From the IMG/VR virus record IMGVR_UViG_3300043958_000209: a stretch of 64,000 nucleotides of DNA; one strand, 5' to 3'. The DNA is from an uncultured virus (IMG/VR IMGVR_UViG_3300043958_000209). Taxonomy: Duplodnaviria > Heunggongvirae > Uroviricota > Caudoviricetes. Positions 18,870-27,557 of the stretch are shown piece after piece. The position numbers were made by a program, and so were the translations under genes. Under the pieces are notes generated by a model, which was given only the letters and a program-made list of their open reading frames with translations, was not told the origin of the DNA and did not search any database. Within the stretch, counting starts at the first letter, position 1. The number at the start of each line of letters is the position of its first letter.

Positions 18870-19214
18870 TTATTCCTCTCTGCCTTGCCCCTTGACGGTT
18901 AAAATACCCTCAAGGGTAGTTGCGGTGATATTCAGCCTTTGGGCGATAGCAATGTCATTTTTCACATTTTCATCTACGATACTGCCGCACACCACAAGCA
19001 CTCTCGCACGGCGTAGCATATCCCTTGCCATATCAATTCCGTCCTTATGCTCCTGCGGCACTTCGTCACACAGGAACAGGGGAAGATAAAGTGGTGGACA
19101 AATTGGGGTGTAGCCTGCTTCATAGAGCTTTCTACAATAGTTAGCCGCCGTTTCGGTTACTTCAAATTCGTTATTGCTCCAAGCCGCGGTAATATAAGCC
19201 ATTGGTTTTCTCAT
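18870..19214 (-). CDS. DUF4406/DUF7768-like small protein
   Basis: AYITA...YCR...GYTPICP pattern, similar to 57831-58316. Confidence 0.65.
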   Translation of the reverse strand: MRKPMAYITAAWSNNEFEVTETAANYCRKLYEAGYTPICPPLYLPLFLCDEVPQEHKDGIDMARDMLRRARVLVVCGSIVDENVKNDIAIAQRLNITATTLEGILTVKGQGREE

Positions 19215-19240
19215 TTTGAGATTCTCCTTTCATTTTTTTT

Positions 19241-19283
19241 GCATGAAAAAAGGCACTCTGCAAATTTCTTTACAAAGTGCCTT
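19241..19283 (-). terminator. Intrinsic terminator after the rep-like gene
   Basis: AGGCACTTTG...CAGAGTGCCT followed by a T tract. Confidence 0.65.
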
Positions 19284-20172
19284 AACGGTTAGGACTGTAT
19301 AAATCGTGATTGACTAAAGCGGAGTAGTAGTTATCTATGGTAGATGGCGCATTAAAAAGGGTTGCAAGCAAATACCGCTTGATGTTCCGCACATAGGTGG
19401 TATTTTTATTTAAGCAGTCAAACACATACTCAATGTGGGACGAGGTAATTCTCAGCATCTTGTCTTTCACAAGCCTTGCAGGGTAATCATCACCGGCAAT
19501 GTTTATGGTGTCCTTTTTAGAACACAGGGTTTCGATGATGATATCGGCTATTTCATCTAAACGCTCACGCATACCGATACCGCCGTGCTGCTTAAAATGC
19601 CTGTATTCAATATTCTCATAGACCATTTCTTTTACTTCTTCGTAAGTTTCACATCCTATCTCATCATATCCCGTTTTCTTGCTCCCGTAGGGATTTGATT
19701 GATAAGGATTTGATGTTTCAGTAATGAATAAATCTTTTTTTGATTTATCAATAGTTTGTAGATAAGTATTTAATTGGTGGGGTTCTTCCTGTATTGGCAT
19801 AGCCTGTATTGGATTTTCCAGTATAGGGCTTTCCTGTGCAGGCAAGCCCTCGGCAGGGAATGTGTCACCGCCCATGTTTTGAGGATACTCACGGATTGTA
19901 TATTCCGTAGTGGTGAGCTGTCCTCGGTCATTTCTGACACGCTGACGGTGCATATATCCTGTGGTTTCAAGCTCCTTAATCGCCCCGTTAATACTGTCTA
20001 TGCCGTCTTTGCAGATATAGGCAAGCCCCTTTACGGTGTAATCCCAATCCTCGGGGAGCGACAGCATAAGGGATAACAAGCCTTTTGCTTTGAGCGACAA
20101 GCCTTTATTGCGTAAATGGTGGTTTGCCATGACGGTGTAATCCTTTGTTTTTTCTATTCTGCACACAGCCAT
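19282..20172 (-). CDS. Replication-initiator-like protein (N-terminal HTH, C-terminal DUF6017-like)
   Basis: YTVMANHHLRNKGLSLKAKGLLS and VRNIKRYLLATLFNAP motifs. Confidence 0.75.
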   Translation of the reverse strand: MAVCRIEKTKDYTVMANHHLRNKGLSLKAKGLLSLMLSLPEDWDYTVKGLAYICKDGIDSINGAIKELETTGYMHRQRVRNDRGQLTTTEYTIREYPQNMGGDTFPAEGLPAQESPILENPIQAMPIQEEPHQLNTYLQTIDKSKKDLFITETSNPYQSNPYGSKKTGYDEIGCETYEEVKEMVYENIEYRHFKQHGGIGMRERLDEIADIIIETLCSKKDTINIAGDDYPARLVKDKMLRITSSHIEYVFDCLNKNTTYVRNIKRYLLATLFNAPSTIDNYYSALVNHDLYSPNR

Positions 20173-20202
20173 TTCCTCACTTCCTTTCAGTGCTGTTTTG
20201 CC

Positions 20203-21129
20203 TTATCGCTCTTGGCTTTGAGTACGTTTTTTATGCCATGTTTCCAATAGTTTAAGTATGGTTTCTTCCATTTTCTGCGGTGTATAGGACTTGGGGAAAT
20301 ACTTACGGAGCTTATCGCTTGTAAGCGTTACCTTGTCGAGTTCGCCTTTCTTTTCTTCGCTCATAATGGCACACATGGCTTCAAGGGTGCATTTGCCCTC
20401 GGCACTAAACTTTTTAAGCCGCTGTGCCTGCGAAAGAGAGGGGGTTGCCTGTTCCATATCCATTGATTCAAGTAAATTTGTTTGTTCCTCGGGCTTTAGG
20501 TAGGACAGCTCCACAGCAGGGTTAAAGGCGATTTTCTTATCATCTACCATGTCTAAAAGCTCGGGGATAAGCTCGGTAAGACGGATATAACGGTGTATTT
20601 GCCGCTGACTATCGGGAGCATTTTTCGCAAGTTCTTCCACACTCCACAACTTCTCGCCAACTTGGCGAGAAGTTAAATCGGAACGCTCTCCCTGCCTTTT
20701 AATAGCATCTAATTTCAGCTTATATGCAAAGGCTCGTTCACTTGGAAGGATATTTTCTCTTTGCAGATTGCTGTCCACCATAATAATAGTGGCGGCATCA
20801 TCGTCAAGGTTACGGACAAGGACGGGCATAGTTTCAAGCCCTGCCAGTTCACTTGCCCTGTGCCTACGGTGTCCTGCTACAAGTTCATAGCCGCCATCGT
20901 CACGGGGACGGGCGATTGCAGGAACAAGCACACCATATTCCTTGATACTCTCGGCGGTGTCTGCCATTGCTTCATCGTCTTTTACCTTAAATGGGTGGTC
21001 TTTGAACGGAAACAGCGATGTCAAGGGTATCTCTATGACCTTTTCTCTGCCTGCATCGGCTCGACTTTCCTCGGTGGAAAACAAATCATCTACCGATGTC
21101 AGATTTATGTTTTTGGCGGAGCTTTTCAA
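20203..21129 (-). CDS. parB: ParB/Spo0J partition protein
   Basis: YELVAGHRR and DSNLQRE motifs. Confidence 0.9.
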   Translation of the reverse strand: MKSSAKNINLTSVDDLFSTEESRADAGREKVIEIPLTSLFPFKDHPFKVKDDEAMADTAESIKEYGVLVPAIARPRDDGGYELVAGHRRHRASELAGLETMPVLVRNLDDDAATIIMVDSNLQRENILPSERAFAYKLKLDAIKRQGERSDLTSRQVGEKLWSVEELAKNAPDSQRQIHRYIRLTELIPELLDMVDDKKIAFNPAVELSYLKPEEQTNLLESMDMEQATPSLSQAQRLKKFSAEGKCTLEAMCAIMSEEKKGELDKVTLTSDKLRKYFPKSYTPQKMEETILKLLETWHKKRTQSQER

Positions 21130-21907
21130 TTTTCAACACCTCCTTTGTCAGTTCTCGGTAACTCTCGGCAACTTTGCCTTTGGGGTCATGGGCAAAAATA
21201 CTTTTGCCCTCGGCACTAATTTCGGCGGCTCGTACTGAGTGGGGAATGTCCGTAGCGAACACCTTGATTTTACCGCCATAGGTATCACGGAGCAGGGTGC
21301 TAATGTCCTTTGCAAAGTTGGTACGGTTATCCACCATAGTCAGCAGAATACCGTCTATTTGCAGTTTGGGGTTAATCTGCTTGCGTACCTTGTTTATAGT
21401 CTGTAAAAGCTGCTCTAAGCCCTTTGCCGGGAGGTATTGAGCCTGCACGGGGATAATCACGCTGTCTGCCGCCGCCAGTGCATTGACGGTCAGCATACCA
21501 AGTGAGGGCTGCGTATCAAGCAGGATATATTGATAGTCCTTTTTCACCGTATCAAGGTACTGCTTCAAAATGGTTTCTCTACTCATAGCGTTGATGAGAG
21601 ATACCTCCATGCCTGATAGCTCAATGTTGGCAGGGAGCAAGTCCACACCCTCGGGGTGAGAAATGATACCCTCTTTATGCTCTATGGGGCTGTCGGTGAT
21701 TACCTTACCCATAACCGTTGCAAGGGTAGTGGGGATATTGTCGGGCTGTGCGTGTCCTAAACTGATAGACAGTGAGCCTTGAGGGTCACTATCCACGATT
21801 AAAACCTTTTTGCCCTCCTGTGCCAGTCCTATGCCTAAGTTGGCACAAGTGGTTGTTTTGCCGACACCGCCTTTCTGCATGGCAATGGCGATTACTTTTG
21901 CGTTCAA
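21086..21907 (-). CDS. parA: ParA/Soj ATPase
   Basis: KGGVGKTT and DSDPQG motifs. TTG start with RBS. Confidence 0.95.
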   Translation of the reverse strand: MNAKVIAIAMQKGGVGKTTTCANLGIGLAQEGKKVLIVDSDPQGSLSISLGHAQPDNIPTTLATVMGKVITDSPIEHKEGIISHPEGVDLLPANIELSGMEVSLINAMSRETILKQYLDTVKKDYQYILLDTQPSLGMLTVNALAAADSVIIPVQAQYLPAKGLEQLLQTINKVRKQINPKLQIDGILLTMVDNRTNFAKDISTLLRDTYGGKIKVFATDIPHSVRAAEISAEGKSIFAHDPKGKVAESYRELTKEVLKIEKLRQKHKSDIGR

Positions 21908-21990
21908 CTTTTGTTCCTCCTTTCGAATTTGGGCATGAAAAATGCTCCTTACAAAATGTAAAGAGCAATTTCATATTTGTGTTTAGTTTT

Positions 21991-22332
21991 CTATATTACT
22001 TGAAAATAAGTAAGAGCATCTTTGATAGCATCTACTTGAATAGGAGTGGGGTGCTTTCTCGGCTGTTTTAATGTTTCTACTGCATTAGGAGCATCGTACA
22101 TGGGTAAACCTAAATCTCGCTTGACCTCAGCAATGTATGCTGTGTGTACTTTAAAGCTGTATTTTTCAAGGATATATTCCTTTATCAGCTTGTAAGTAAT
22201 TCTCTGTTTTGGCTTGTATGCCTCTGCTTTTTCAATTATACTATTAAGTGGTATCATACCAACGCTGTTTCCAAAGTCCACAGATACATTGATATAGCTG
22301 TCTGGAGCTTTGTGGGTTTTTGGTAATACCGT
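21991..22332 (-). pseudogene. Element-borne C-terminal fragment of an RlmD/RumA-type RNA methyltransferase
   Basis: In frame TVLPKTHKAPDSYINVSVDFG...ITYKLIKEYILEKYSFKVHTAYIAEVKR, resembling the tail that rlmD-targeting elements carry to repair their target gene. Confidence 0.7.
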
Positions 22333-22372
22333 TGAGACGGTTGTATTGATGTCAAGAGTTGAGGGAAAATAG
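22325..22372. other. Putative att junction between prophage and ICE, with a + strand rlmD-like C-terminus
   Basis: Palindromic core ACCGT-TGAG-ACGGT (22328-22341). 22331-22372 reads VETVVLMSRVEGK*. Confidence 0.65.
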
Positions 22373-22508
22373 GCGCGAAATCCCTTGATTTCAGGGCATT
22401 TTCGGGTTTGGAGGAAAAGCAGTTGAGGAGCGCATAATCCCCTGAGGAAACTCGTTCAAGGTTGTCAAGCAGAACGCCTTGTTACGAAGATTGACATTCA
22501 GTTGGCGA

Positions 22509-22578
22509 ATTAGATGTTTTTCGCAGTGTTTAGACTGTGGATTAGATGTTTTGCCGCTGAGTGAGCGGATTAGATGTT
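22509..22578. repeat. Three direct copies of ATTAGATGTT
   Basis: At 22509, 22541 and 22569. Confidence 0.8.
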
Positions 22579-22688
22579 AAGGCAGACAAACTGGAAGTTG
22601 ATATTGTCAGCTGAGATTTTTATATACCGTTTAGCAGCCTTGAAATATAGCCTGCTATTGCATTGCCAACAAAACTTTGCAAATAGTA

Positions 22689-22740
22689 TTGACAAATACA
22701 TTTTGCAGCAGTACGATTATGACAATAAAACTTGTCATAA
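22689..22740 (+). promoter_or_regulatory. Sigma-A promoter with an overlapping palindromic operator
   Basis: TTGACA-17-TACGAT, then TTATGACAA-N6-TTGTCATAA (22717-22740). Confidence 0.75.
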
Positions 22741-22764
22741 TGACAAATGTGCTTGGAGGCAATT

Positions 22765-23085
22765 ATGAAAAAAGAAGAAATACTTGAGAAGAGCCGTGAA
22801 TCTAAAGAGGATGAAGGAACGGTTTATGCAGAAAACAAGGGCCGGCGCTATGGTGTGGCCGGATTCTGCATTGTGTTTATCATCATCATGTTTTTCAATA
22901 TCTTTACGAATCAAAATAATTTTGTTCCATACAGTATGTTTTTTGCGTACATAGCTGCTGAAGCATATGGCAGATACCGAATTACGAAGCAAAAATCTTT
23001 GAGGGTGACAACTATATTGGGTGCCGTTGCCTCAATTCTGTTTTTAGTGTGTCACATTATGACTGTTCTTGGTATTGGCGCATGA
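22765..23085 (+). CDS. DUF6442-like membrane protein
   Basis: MKKEEILEKSR...DEG start, three hydrophobic helices, GGAGG RBS. Confidence 0.7.
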   Translation: MKKEEILEKSRESKEDEGTVYAENKGRRYGVAGFCIVFIIIMFFNIFTNQNNFVPYSMFFAYIAAEAYGRYRITKQKSLRVTTILGAVASILFLVCHIMTVLGIGA

Positions 23086-23291
23086 AATCCGAACTGACTC
23101 TTAAAAATCGTTTAAAGGTTGCTCGTGCGGAAAAAGGTTTATCACAAGGCGACTTGGCGCAAATGGTTGGTGTTTCTCGCAACACGATAAGTTCCATTGA
23201 AACGGGGCAATTCAATCCGACCGCTAAGTTGGCGCTGATTCTCTGTACTGCGCTTGACAAAAAATTTGAAGAACTATTTTACTTTGAATGA
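23082..23291 (+). CDS. XRE/Cro-family HTH transcriptional regulator
   Basis: LSQGDLAQMVGVSRNTISSIETG...P. Confidence 0.9.
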   Translation: MKSELTLKNRLKVARAEKGLSQGDLAQMVGVSRNTISSIETGQFNPTAKLALILCTALDKKFEELFYFE

Positions 23292-23367
23292 GAATATCCG
23301 CATTTCGCCTCACAGACGTCACACGGCTTTTTGATGGAGATTATGAATATAATCAGAAAGAGAACAA

Positions 23368-23547
23368 ATGAAAATGAAACAGAAAAATATTTGGTTGCTA
23401 CTCTTAGGTTTGGTATTGACGGCGGGAACAATTTTAATTGACCGTTTTGTCATTAGCATTCCTACTTGGCTTACAATAATATTTATTGTTATTGCAATTA
23501 TTGCCTTTATTATGTTTTTTATTACAATCAGAAGGTCGCGCAGATGA
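23368..23547 (+). CDS. Small two-TM membrane protein (59 aa)
   Basis: Read by hand: MKMKQKNIWLLLLGLVLTAGTILIDRF...RRSRR*. Confidence 0.55.
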   Translation: MKMKQKNIWLLLLGLVLTAGTILIDRFVISIPTWLTIIFIVIAIIAFIMFFITIRRSRR

Positions 23548-23641
23548 GCATAACCCGACTATTTCCCAATCCCGATTTGTCGAAAAAGCAAGAGAGCAAG
23601 CCACTTCATAGGTAAAATTCCTATCGGAGCAGCTTGCTCTT

Positions 23642-25213
23642 TTATTCTGCGATATCCACGCTTACGCCGGACTTGAATTCGACGGTGAACTTATCCGTGT
23701 ATACCGTGATGCTTTTTATAAGTTTCCTGACGAGCGTTTCATCGAACACATGAATGTCTGTATTTTGCACGGTGACGAAGTCCTGCAGCTCTTTGATCCG
23801 GTTCATGGCTTCTTCTCTATGGTGATTGTCGACTGTGGACTGCTTCTTCATTTCCTGCAGGCGAACCATCTCGTCAGTGATGGCATTGTAGTCTTTGCCG
23901 CCCTCGACCTTTCGAAGCAATTCTTTCTGTAAATCCTCAAGCCTCAGTTGAATGCCTTCCGGTGAGAGAGTGTCGGTTGTGACGACGGCCCTGGCTACGT
24001 TTTCCTGCAGCTGGGCCAAGAACTCTTTCCTGCCTCGTAGAATCCGGTTTAAGGCTTTGACCGTGACGTCCTCAAGGGCAGCTTCATTTACCGTCCGATT
24101 CGTACAGTTGCTCTCAGCTTCCGATGGCTCCAAGCGGCTGATGCAGCGCCAGACCACGGATTTGCAGCCGTGATTGTTCCAATGAACGCGGCGGTAAAGC
24201 TCGCCACACTCACCGCAGAAGATCATCTGCGCAAAGCAATGATTGCAGGAGAAGCTGCGTTTCTTTCCGGATGGACTGACGTGAACTGCCCGGCGACGGA
24301 CAAGCTCCGCCTGCACCTGCATAAAGAGATCATTCGGAATAATAGCCTCATGATCGTCTTCCACATAGTACTGGGGCACCGTGCCATTGTTCTTGATTCG
24401 CTTCTTGGTAAGGAAGTCGGTGGTATAGGTCTTTTGCAGCAGGGCGTCGCCCATGTATTTTTCGTTCCGGAGAATCTTGTTGATTGTGCTCGTGTGCCAT
24501 TTTTCTTTACCGGCACCGGTAAGGATGTGATCCGCCTCAAGTCTGGAGGCTATTTTGTCCATGCTGAGGCCTTCGAGATATTCGCGATAGATGCGCTTTA
24601 CAACTTCGGACTGTTCAGCGTCAATGATGAGCTTTCCGTCACTGTCTTTCGAGTAACCGAGGAAGCGGTTGCGGTTGACGCTTACTTTTCCCTGCTGGTA
24701 ACGGTACTGCAGACCGAGCTTTACGTTCTGCGAAAGACTCTGGCTTTCCTGCTGGGCAAGCGAAGCCATAATCGTTATAAGAACCTCGCCCTTGGCATCC
24801 ATTGTGTTGATGGATTCCTTTTCAAAGTAGACCGGGATATTTTTATCCTTGAGCTGCCGGATATACTGCAGGCAATCAAGAGTGTTTCGGGCGAATCGGC
24901 TGATGGATTTTGTGATGATCATGTCGATATTTCCAGCCATACACTCGTCAATCATGCGGTTGAACTCATCACGCTTTTTGGTGTTGGTGCCGGAAATACC
25001 GTCATCGGCGAAGATTCCTGCCAGCTCCCATTCTGGATTTTTCTGAATGTACTCCGTGTAGTGGGAGACCTGTGCGTCGTAGCTGGTTTCTTGCTCGTCA
25101 GAATCGGTGCTGACACGGCAGTATGCGGCGACGCGAAGCTTAGGAGCTTCCTCTTTACTGATGTTGTTCCCTACCTGCCTTTTTGCCGGGATAAATGTAA
25201 CGCTTGCCATCAA
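23642..25213 (-). CDS. Large serine recombinase
   Basis: [18 protein letters not shown], recombinase domain, Zn ribbon CGECG. Confidence 0.95.
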   Translation of the reverse strand: MMASVTFIPAKRQVGNNISKEEAPKLRVAAYCRVSTDSDEQETSYDAQVSHYTEYIQKNPEWELAGIFADDGISGTNTKKRDEFNRMIDECMAGNIDMIITKSISRFARNTLDCLQYIRQLKDKNIPVYFEKESINTMDAKGEVLITIMASLAQQESQSLSQNVKLGLQYRYQQGKVSVNRNRFLGYSKDSDGKLIIDAEQSEVVKRIYREYLEGLSMDKIASRLEADHILTGAGKEKWHTSTINKILRNEKYMGDALLQKTYTTDFLTKKRIKNNGTVPQYYVEDDHEAIIPNDLFMQVQAELVRRRAVHVSPSGKKRSFSCNHCFAQMIFCGECGELYRRVHWNNHGCKSVVWRCISRLEPSEAESNCTNRTVNEAALEDVTVKALNRILRGRKEFLAQLQENVARAVVTTDTLSPEGIQLRLEDLQKELLRKVEGGKDYNAITDEMVRLQEMKKQSTVDNHHREEAMNRIKELQDFVTVQNTDIHVFDETLVRKLIKSITVYTDKFTVEFKSGVSVDIAE

Positions 25214-25632
25214 ATCACCGACCTTTCTATCAGGCTGTAAATGTACTCGGCCTGCGCTGCTGGGTTATCGTAATGCTCGATCATTTTTCCAATGTGAAAT
25301 TGCGTAGGAGCTGACCGTTCCACCTTGCTTTGCTTTCTGTTCAACCGCCCGAGAGCTTTTGCCCGACTCTGCTTTTCGGCTTCGGCCTGTTCGAAGGTTT
25401 CCTTGTCAATGAGGGCCGGATAGAAGCTGTCGCCGAGATAATGACGATTTCCCATGATTCGTTTGGCACCACAATGCTTAACGTCAATACCGGCATCATT
25501 GGCAGCCTTCTGTAATGAAGCACCAGCAAGATAGGTTTCATACAGCTTTTGAATTTTTACGACAGCTTCGTTATCAATAACTGCCTTTCCATTTTCAATC
25601 TTGTACCCATAGGGTGTGTGTCCCATTTTCAT
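25210..25632 (-). CDS. Small recombinase-domain protein (middle gene of the triad)
   Basis: [18 protein letters not shown] and [10 protein letters not shown] motifs. Confidence 0.8.
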   Translation of the reverse strand: MKMGHTPYGYKIENGKAVIDNEAVVKIQKLYETYLAGASLQKAANDAGIDVKHCGAKRIMGNRHYLGDSFYPALIDKETFEQAEAEKQSRAKALGRLNRKQSKVERSAPTQFHIGKMIEHYDNPAAQAEYIYSLIERSVI

Positions 25633-27179
25633 ATCCTTTCCTTGAGCGAGAGGCCGCATTTTAGTTCGAAGTGGTACTCGGTTCTGCTGATTACAGTTAT
25701 CCGGCTCACATGTTTTTCAAATAATTCTTCATTGAAGACTTCCAGCATTTCCTCTTTTTCGGCAAAGTGAAGAAGGGCGGTTGCTGCATTGACCTTAGAA
25801 ACATCCGACGAAACGTTATTGCTTTGCGCATCCATTTCTTTTCGGATGTGGTCAGCCTTTGTCAGAAGCTCATTTGTTTCCTTTGTAAAGAGTACCTTAT
25901 CAAGGAATCCCTGTGCGGCCAGCTGCTGGAGCCTTTCACGCTGCTCGGTGTTCTGAGCGAGTTCAGTCGTTAGCTCCTGAATCCGACGTAGGGAATCGTC
26001 TGTGGATTCTGTCTTGAGGGCCTCTGTATAAGGCTTCAGCAAGTAGCGATGAGCGAAGACCAGCTTGTTCATCATCGCGATAAAAGCCAGCTTCAGGTCA
26101 TCGTCCTTTATGGATTTCATGTCGCAGGCGTCCCTGTCGTTCAGATGCGTATTACAGCACCATGCTATATAACTGTCGCCAGATGTGTAATGTGTCCGGC
26201 GCTTGAAGGTGCTGCCACATTTGCCGCAGATTATTTTCCCTGAGAAGGCATAGCGATTCTGGTACTTCTCATTGTCCGGAATGACGTTTTTCTCTTTGGC
26301 ATGCTGCTTTAACATCTTACCAGCGGCTTCAAACTCGCTGTGGCTGATGATTGCTTCGTGATGATCTGATACAAAGTACTGATTTTTCTCACCGCGATTG
26401 TGGTGGCGGTTGAACTGCGCATCCGTGTAGGTCTTCTGGAAAAGAACATCGCCGGTATACTTCTCATTTGTCAGAATCCCTTTGACTGTGGATGCGCTCC
26501 AGTGATGACCTTTTCTGGTGGGAATTTTTTCTCCATTCAGCATGTTGGCAATTTTTGCGGTGCCAATGCCAGAAAGAGCAGAAGCGAAAATCCTTTTTAC
26601 AATTGCCGCCTGCTCCGGGTTGACGACTATGTTCTGCTTATTCCAATCGTAGCCGTAGGGCGGGCATCCGATCTTGAACGTCGCGTTTTCAAATCGGCGC
26701 TGCACAGACCACTTGCTATTCTTTGAAATAGATAGGGATTCGTCTGCGGCCATACTGGAAAGGATTGATAGAAATAATTCGCTTTCCATGGAGCCGGTAT
26801 TGATGTTTTCTTTCTCAAAGAAAATGGGGATATGCAGGGCGAGAAGCTTTCTGACAAGCTCAAGGCAGTCAGCAGTGTTGCGGCTGATTGATTTCGAGAT
26901 GATAAAATCTATCTTCCCGGCTTTGCAGTCGGCAAGCATGCGGTTCAGCTCAGGACGTTTCTCCTTCTTTGTACCTGTGATACCTTCATCATAATAAACG
27001 CCAGCACACTTCCAATCATTCCGGGCGGCAATATAGTTTTCATAGTGTGTGACCTGTGCTTCAAGACTTTCTGCCTGCGCGTCAGAGTCTGTGCTGACAC
27101 GGCAATAAGCAGCTACACGGAGCTTTCGCTTAGCATCAGTTACATTTTTGTTTTCTTCGATTTTTGTTATTTTTTTCAA
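25629..27179 (-). CDS. Large serine recombinase with an apparent 3-residue deletion in the SRFxRN motif
   Basis: AAYCRVSTD is present, but KSISRNTADC replaces the [13 protein letters not shown] seen in the paralog. Confidence 0.85.
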   Translation of the reverse strand: MKKITKIEENKNVTDAKRKLRVAAYCRVSTDSDAQAESLEAQVTHYENYIAARNDWKCAGVYYDEGITGTKKEKRPELNRMLADCKAGKIDFIISKSISRNTADCLELVRKLLALHIPIFFEKENINTGSMESELFLSILSSMAADESLSISKNSKWSVQRRFENATFKIGCPPYGYDWNKQNIVVNPEQAAIVKRIFASALSGIGTAKIANMLNGEKIPTRKGHHWSASTVKGILTNEKYTGDVLFQKTYTDAQFNRHHNRGEKNQYFVSDHHEAIISHSEFEAAGKMLKQHAKEKNVIPDNEKYQNRYAFSGKIICGKCGSTFKRRTHYTSGDSYIAWCCNTHLNDRDACDMKSIKDDDLKLAFIAMMNKLVFAHRYLLKPYTEALKTESTDDSLRRIQELTTELAQNTEQRERLQQLAAQGFLDKVLFTKETNELLTKADHIRKEMDAQSNNVSSDVSKVNAATALLHFAEKEEMLEVFNEELFEKHVSRITVISRTEYHFELKCGLSLKERI

Positions 27180-27231
27180 GGGTTCATCCTCCTTTCCGCA
27201 TGTCTATACATCACTCTGAATGCCTTTACTA

Positions 27232-27438
27232 TCAAGCATTATTCGGATATATTTCCGCGAACAAGGGAGAGAAAGTTTTAAGGTTGATGTCCGATAATTT
27301 GTTGAATTCAGCAACGGATATGAGCCTGGAATCAAGCATTGTTTTCGCGATGGCCTGAGCTCTTTTGTAGTCAAGGTCTCCCTGAATGCGCTCCTGCGTG
27401 AAATATCCAGATGGAGCACTTGTATTATTGTCTGTCAT
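27232..27438 (-). CDS. SHOCT-like small protein upstream of the recombinases
   Basis: MLDSRLISVAEFNKL...FSP pattern with RBS. Confidence 0.7.
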   Translation of the reverse strand: MTDNNTSAPSGYFTQERIQGDLDYKRAQAIAKTMLDSRLISVAEFNKLSDINLKTFSPLFAEIYPNNA

Positions 27439-27456
27439 AACTTATCCACCTCCAAT

Positions 27457-27490
27457 TTCCCACTGGAGATGAACGGGCGATTTGAGCGGA
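27457..27490 (-). promoter_or_regulatory. Putative phage-sigma promoter, copy 1
   Basis: TCCGCTCAAA-N8-TCATCTCCAGTGG, with identical boxes at 58367 and 62874. Confidence 0.65.
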
Positions 27491-27557
27491 AGAAAATAAA
27501 AAAAGCCTGCGGGCATTCCAAAAAGGAACACTCGCAGGCGAGAAACGGGATATATGG

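Larger units (their letters stand above)
1..22332 (-). mobile_element. Tn1549/CTn-like integrative conjugative element (partial, continues beyond the left edge)
   Basis: Co-oriented parA, parB, rep-like, pcfB, virD4, maff2, virB6, prgI, virB4, CHAP, topB and ArdC-like genes in the order typical of Clostridial ICEs. The right end is set at the rlmD-tail junction. Confidence 0.9.

Noticed and set aside
22509..22578. CRISPR array
   Set aside because: Repeats are only 10 bp with three copies, and there is no cas operon. The DUF2800 Cas4-like gene is a normal phage replication/recombination gene.
24170..25240. Long + strand ORFs (also 34614-35639, 35897-36880, 41253-42188, 44398-45315)
   Set aside because: Antisense shadows of well-supported minus-strand genes, with no recognisable motifs or RBS
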